64,000 nucleotides of DNA from Stegostoma tigrinum (taxonomy: Eukaryota). Numbering within the stretch: position 1 is the first letter of the stretch; each line of letters begins with the position of its first letter. The notes under the pieces are model-generated. The model saw only the letters and a program-made list of their open reading frames with translations, did not search any database and had not been told where the DNA came from. Of the stretch, positions 60,150 through 64,000 are shown one piece after another. A program made the position numbers and the translations under genes. The stretch covers positions 6,510,001 to 6,574,000 of the forward strand of contig NC_081366.1 in NCBI RefSeq assembly GCF_030684315.1. The letters run 5' to 3'.

Positions 60150-60982
60150 CGAGCGCGCTGATTTTGAATCTCCAGGACAGCGCATTTCAGTCGAGCGTTC
60201 ACACAATATCTGGATCAAAGCCTGTAATGGAATTTATAGAAGCGCCAGGATCATTATTCTCTCTTCGCTTGGTGTAAATAAAGATTGCCTCAACTGTGGC
60301 GTACAGTCATTTATATCGGAAACCTTGAACCGAACAGCTTTCTCCGACTCAGTGCAGGATTTCCAGCATCCGTGCATGTTACTGTAATGTCATACTTGGG
60401 GGTATGTTCACGATCCAGTGGATGATGAATAAGTATTCCATAAAAAAGTATGAAAGAGGAATCCAGTCCAAGTAGTAGTTTAGTTGAAACGTGACAATGT
60501 ACTTGTCCATTTCTGCTGGAATCTTTATTTGCTGCAGCGAACAACCCGATTATAGACGCAATTGGAGCATCTTTAGAAATTTTACTCTATAAAGACATTA
60601 AAGTTACTTCAGGGGGTGAAAATTCACATCAATAATATTTACCAAATCCTCACAGTGCCTTGACATAACCTCAGACCTCGCGTCTGTAGCATGTATATTA
60701 ATTTCAAAGGCGGCGATTCCTTCACAGTCCAGCTTGCCTTTCACTCCGATTTCACCAGTTTTAGAATCCATGCCACAGTGTTCCCGAACTCCAGCTGAAG
60801 CGTGGCTACCAAAAGAATGGAGTATCTCTCCATTGGGGCCATCGTCCAAGCCAGTGGCTTTTCATATTATTAATAACCTGCGTTCCTGTGGATGCATTCT
60901 CGAATATACTGACTCTGGAAACTGACTGGGAGGGACGGGGGCATTGTCGTTTGCATTGTTGACAATTATCGAGACTTGAGCC
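60150..60982 (-). pseudogene. Protocadherin variable-exon remnant (end of EC2 to EC5, V7-V9 type)
   Basis: Frameshifted pieces DDGPNGEILHSFGSHASAGVRE...DSKTGEIGVKGKLD and FAAANKDS...YGILIHHPLDREHTPKYDITVTCTDAGNP. No signal peptide, TM or donor. Confidence 0.88.
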
Positions 60983-61109
60983 ATTCCCAAGAAAGGTCCC
61001 GAGCCGAAACTTCAACTTTCCTGCTCCTCTGATGCTGCATGGCCTGCTGTGTTCCTTCAGCCCCATGTTTGTTATCTCTGACTGCAGTATCTTCAGTTCT
61101 TGCTGTCTC

Positions 61110-61790
61110 CCTAGTGTCCGTGCACGTTTGCCAATGAAAGTGGTCAAGCAGGGAATATATTGTCCTTCAATGCAAGAAGATATGCAATCAGAAGCGGGGT
61201 GTTTTACTACGACAAGTCTTGGTGAAATTGCATCTTGAGTATTGTGTGCAGGTTTGGGCTCTCTCCTTAAGAAACCATATACTTTTCATTGAGGGAGTGT
61301 GGAAGAGGATTCACTCAGCTAGTACTGTGGATGCGAAGTATTGCCTGTGAGAGTGGATTTGCTTCACTGGTTCTGTAATCATGACGGCTTGTAAGGATGA
61401 GTGCAGATTTGATTGCAACGTAGAAAATTCTAATGGGCTAGACAGACAAGATACAGTGAAGATTTTTTTTTCTTGTTGGGCTGTCTAGAGCCAGCAGTCA
61501 CAGTCGTGCATATGGAGTAGGCCATTTCAGGCTGAAATGAGGGAGCATTTCTTCATTCCAATTGCCGTGAACCAATTGAATTATCACCTAATAAAGAATG
61601 TGGAGACCATCTCACTGAATATATTTCAGATGGAGATGGATCAATATTCATATTTTAAGTCACCAAAGAAATTGGGGACAATGGAGGAATATGTCCCGAG
61701 ACAGAGGATTAGCCATGATCACATTGGATGGTGGAGCAGGTGTGAAAGTTCAAAAGGCCTGGTTCTGACCCGAGTTTCTATCGTTTCAGT
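61110..61790 (+). mobile_element. Old CR1 LINE fragment (empty-site paralog of 44640-48220)
   Basis: GTCCGTGCACGTTTGCCAATGAAAG...GGGAATATATTGTCCTTCAATGCAAGAAGA is contiguous here. Confidence 0.6.
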
Positions 61791-64000
61791 GTTTCTGTCT
61801 CCATGTTGGCGTAATCATCATTGCCAGTTTACTTCACTCTTGTAACCAATAATGGATACATTTCCTCATTTACCTTCCAGGTTAGATAGTTTTCAGTCTG
61901 TGCAGGTACATAGATAGGAAAGAGCTAGACGGATATTGGCCGTACAGTTCAGTTTAGGAACCCTGGTCAGGATAGACGAGTTGGAGAGAAGTGCCTGTTT
62001 CTGTGTGGTGTGACTCTATACCTTCATCAACTATGCCATTGTCACCCTGAAAATAGGGATATTTCTTTCGTCTCACTGACCGTCCACCCAATTCTATCTC
62101 ACTTGAGAAGTGTATGTACATACAAGTGTATACAGCATGATCATATAATTCAGGAGCATTTTAAAGCTTATAGGTTCAAGTCAGGCTCCGTGACCTCCAC
62201 CTGTTGCAAATCTCGGAAATGGCTGTGAGATGCTCTCTTTGCTCTCCAAATCGTGTCGTGAAATACAAGTAGCTTATGAGGTCTGAACATATAAATAATG
62301 AGCGGAAGTTCAAGCTCTTATCTCTGACAACAGAGTAGGAGTTTCAGGTATGTATTGTAAACTAGGTTGCAATTTCCTGAATGAAGTTATATCAAAACCA
62401 GAGCTGTAAGTATTTTCTATCAGCAATTCTTGGATTAAAAGTTCGTAAATCGAACAAAGTGTCTTGTACATTGGAAAAATCATCCATGTTTTATGCAACA
62501 ATTCCAAATTTGTACGGGATAGATGAACTGCCGTCAATACTCTGAGTCTTAGCATCCATATCCAGCCAAATACAGTAGTATATTGAAATGTCTCGTGTGC
62601 AGTTTGTATAATTATATCAAAGTATCACAGAATTATGACAATGCAGAAAGACTAAATTCAACCCATCATGCCTACACTATCTCTATGTATCTAGTTCGGT
62701 CCTATAATGTAGTGTCAATCTACTGCCTTTTCCGCATATGCCTGCACACTATCCTTTCAAAAAATAATCCAAAGCCCTCTGCAGGGCCTTCACCATATTT
62801 TTAAGTGCAATCAATACCGTCAAAACTCGTTATGTGAGAATGTTCATCTCTGACATTACACTTACCCTGTTTGCACGCTACTCGAAATGTATGCTGTCTG
62901 ATTCTTATTGCAATTGCAAATTAAACTGCTTCACCTTATCTACTTTGCCCATTTTACAAATCTCAATCAGGTTTCCTGTAAACCTTCTTCTGTCCAGGGA
63001 TAACGGACTTAACCATTCCATTCTACCCTCATAACTGGATTTTCTCGCATTGTAACGATTCAAGTATATTGCTTTTACACTCTTTTCAATTCATTTGCAA
63101 CTTTCCTTTAATGTGGTACCCAAAATCGTACACAGAGTCTCGGTGAGGTCTAATGATTTACCTTGTACAAGTTCAACATCAAATCTATTGATTTGGTCTC
63201 ACTTGGGCAACAGCCTAAACAATGTTGTTATATATTTTGGATAAACATGTCTTTAAAATTACCATATAACTAATTTTATACTTCCAGTTGTTGCTTTGAT
63301 AATCTAGGCAATGATTTAGAAATGTTTGTTCAATTTAGATGGTAGTTGGGCTGGAGTAAAATCACTTTTCATTGCTCATGGAAACTGTCAAATTTGATTT
63401 TAGGTTCTATACTTACAGAAGTCTGAAAAATGCTAGCAAGCTTTAAATACTATTTCATTATCTTCTGGTGATTTCCCAAATGTACAATATGCTGTTCTAA
63501 TTGATACACAGCTTTTAATTATGAAACTTTCCAGTGCAGTATTAACACAGGCTGATCAAATTTCCAACACATCAGAGGGAGTTGTTGTGAAACATGCCTT
63601 TTCTGCTCAAAGGTTGGTTTTCAATTTTACTCAGAATAATTTGATATAATTCTCCCAACCATCACTACTTTTAACATCCTGATATCAAGAATCAAATTTA
63701 CCACTTCAGTGCACAATGGGTTCAAAGAAGTTGATTGGAGGTACACTGCAGTGACAGCAGCTAATCTCGTTGGAAGTATCTCCAAATCTCCAGAACAGGG
63801 TGATGGCTTTTACCATTTGAAGCAAGTGAATAGTTCATTGATTCTATGGCATTTAAAAACCAGTTTAAATAAATGTGAGTTCATTAATCTATGCTCACCA
63901 GAAAATGTCAAAATAAGTATTTAAAAATATTTTGAATTGACCGAAAACACATTATGAACACTTAAAGTGAAGCTATAGAATACAAGATTGCCTCATCAAC

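Overview
This is vertebrate genomic DNA, most likely a shark or other cartilaginous fish (inferred from an HE1/V-SINE-like element, shark-type CR1 LINEs and Penelope-derived repeats). It holds part of a clustered protocadherin (Pcdh) locus on the minus strand. Nine intact ~2.4-2.5 kb variable exons (V1-V9, left to right) each encode a signal peptide, six cadherin repeats, a TM segment and a variable cytoplasmic part, and each ends at a GAG|GT(A/G)AG donor. Each has its own conserved promoter; no constant exon was recognised, so they presumably lie beyond the left edge. The right half is built from tandem segmental duplications containing V7/V8/V9, one exon remnant and two exon-less orphan promoters. 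Main observations: (1) all nine exons have an out-of-frame overlapping uATG 16 nt (once 17 nt) before the start codon; (2) the promoters carry an inverted CCAAT pair spaced 20 or 29-30 bp and no invariant CGCT box; (3) V1's canonical donor is out of phase, with an in-phase alternative donor upstream; (4) Penelope-type elements with minimal hammerhead ribozyme motifs sit in the spacers. All analysis was by eye, and repeat boundaries are approximate.
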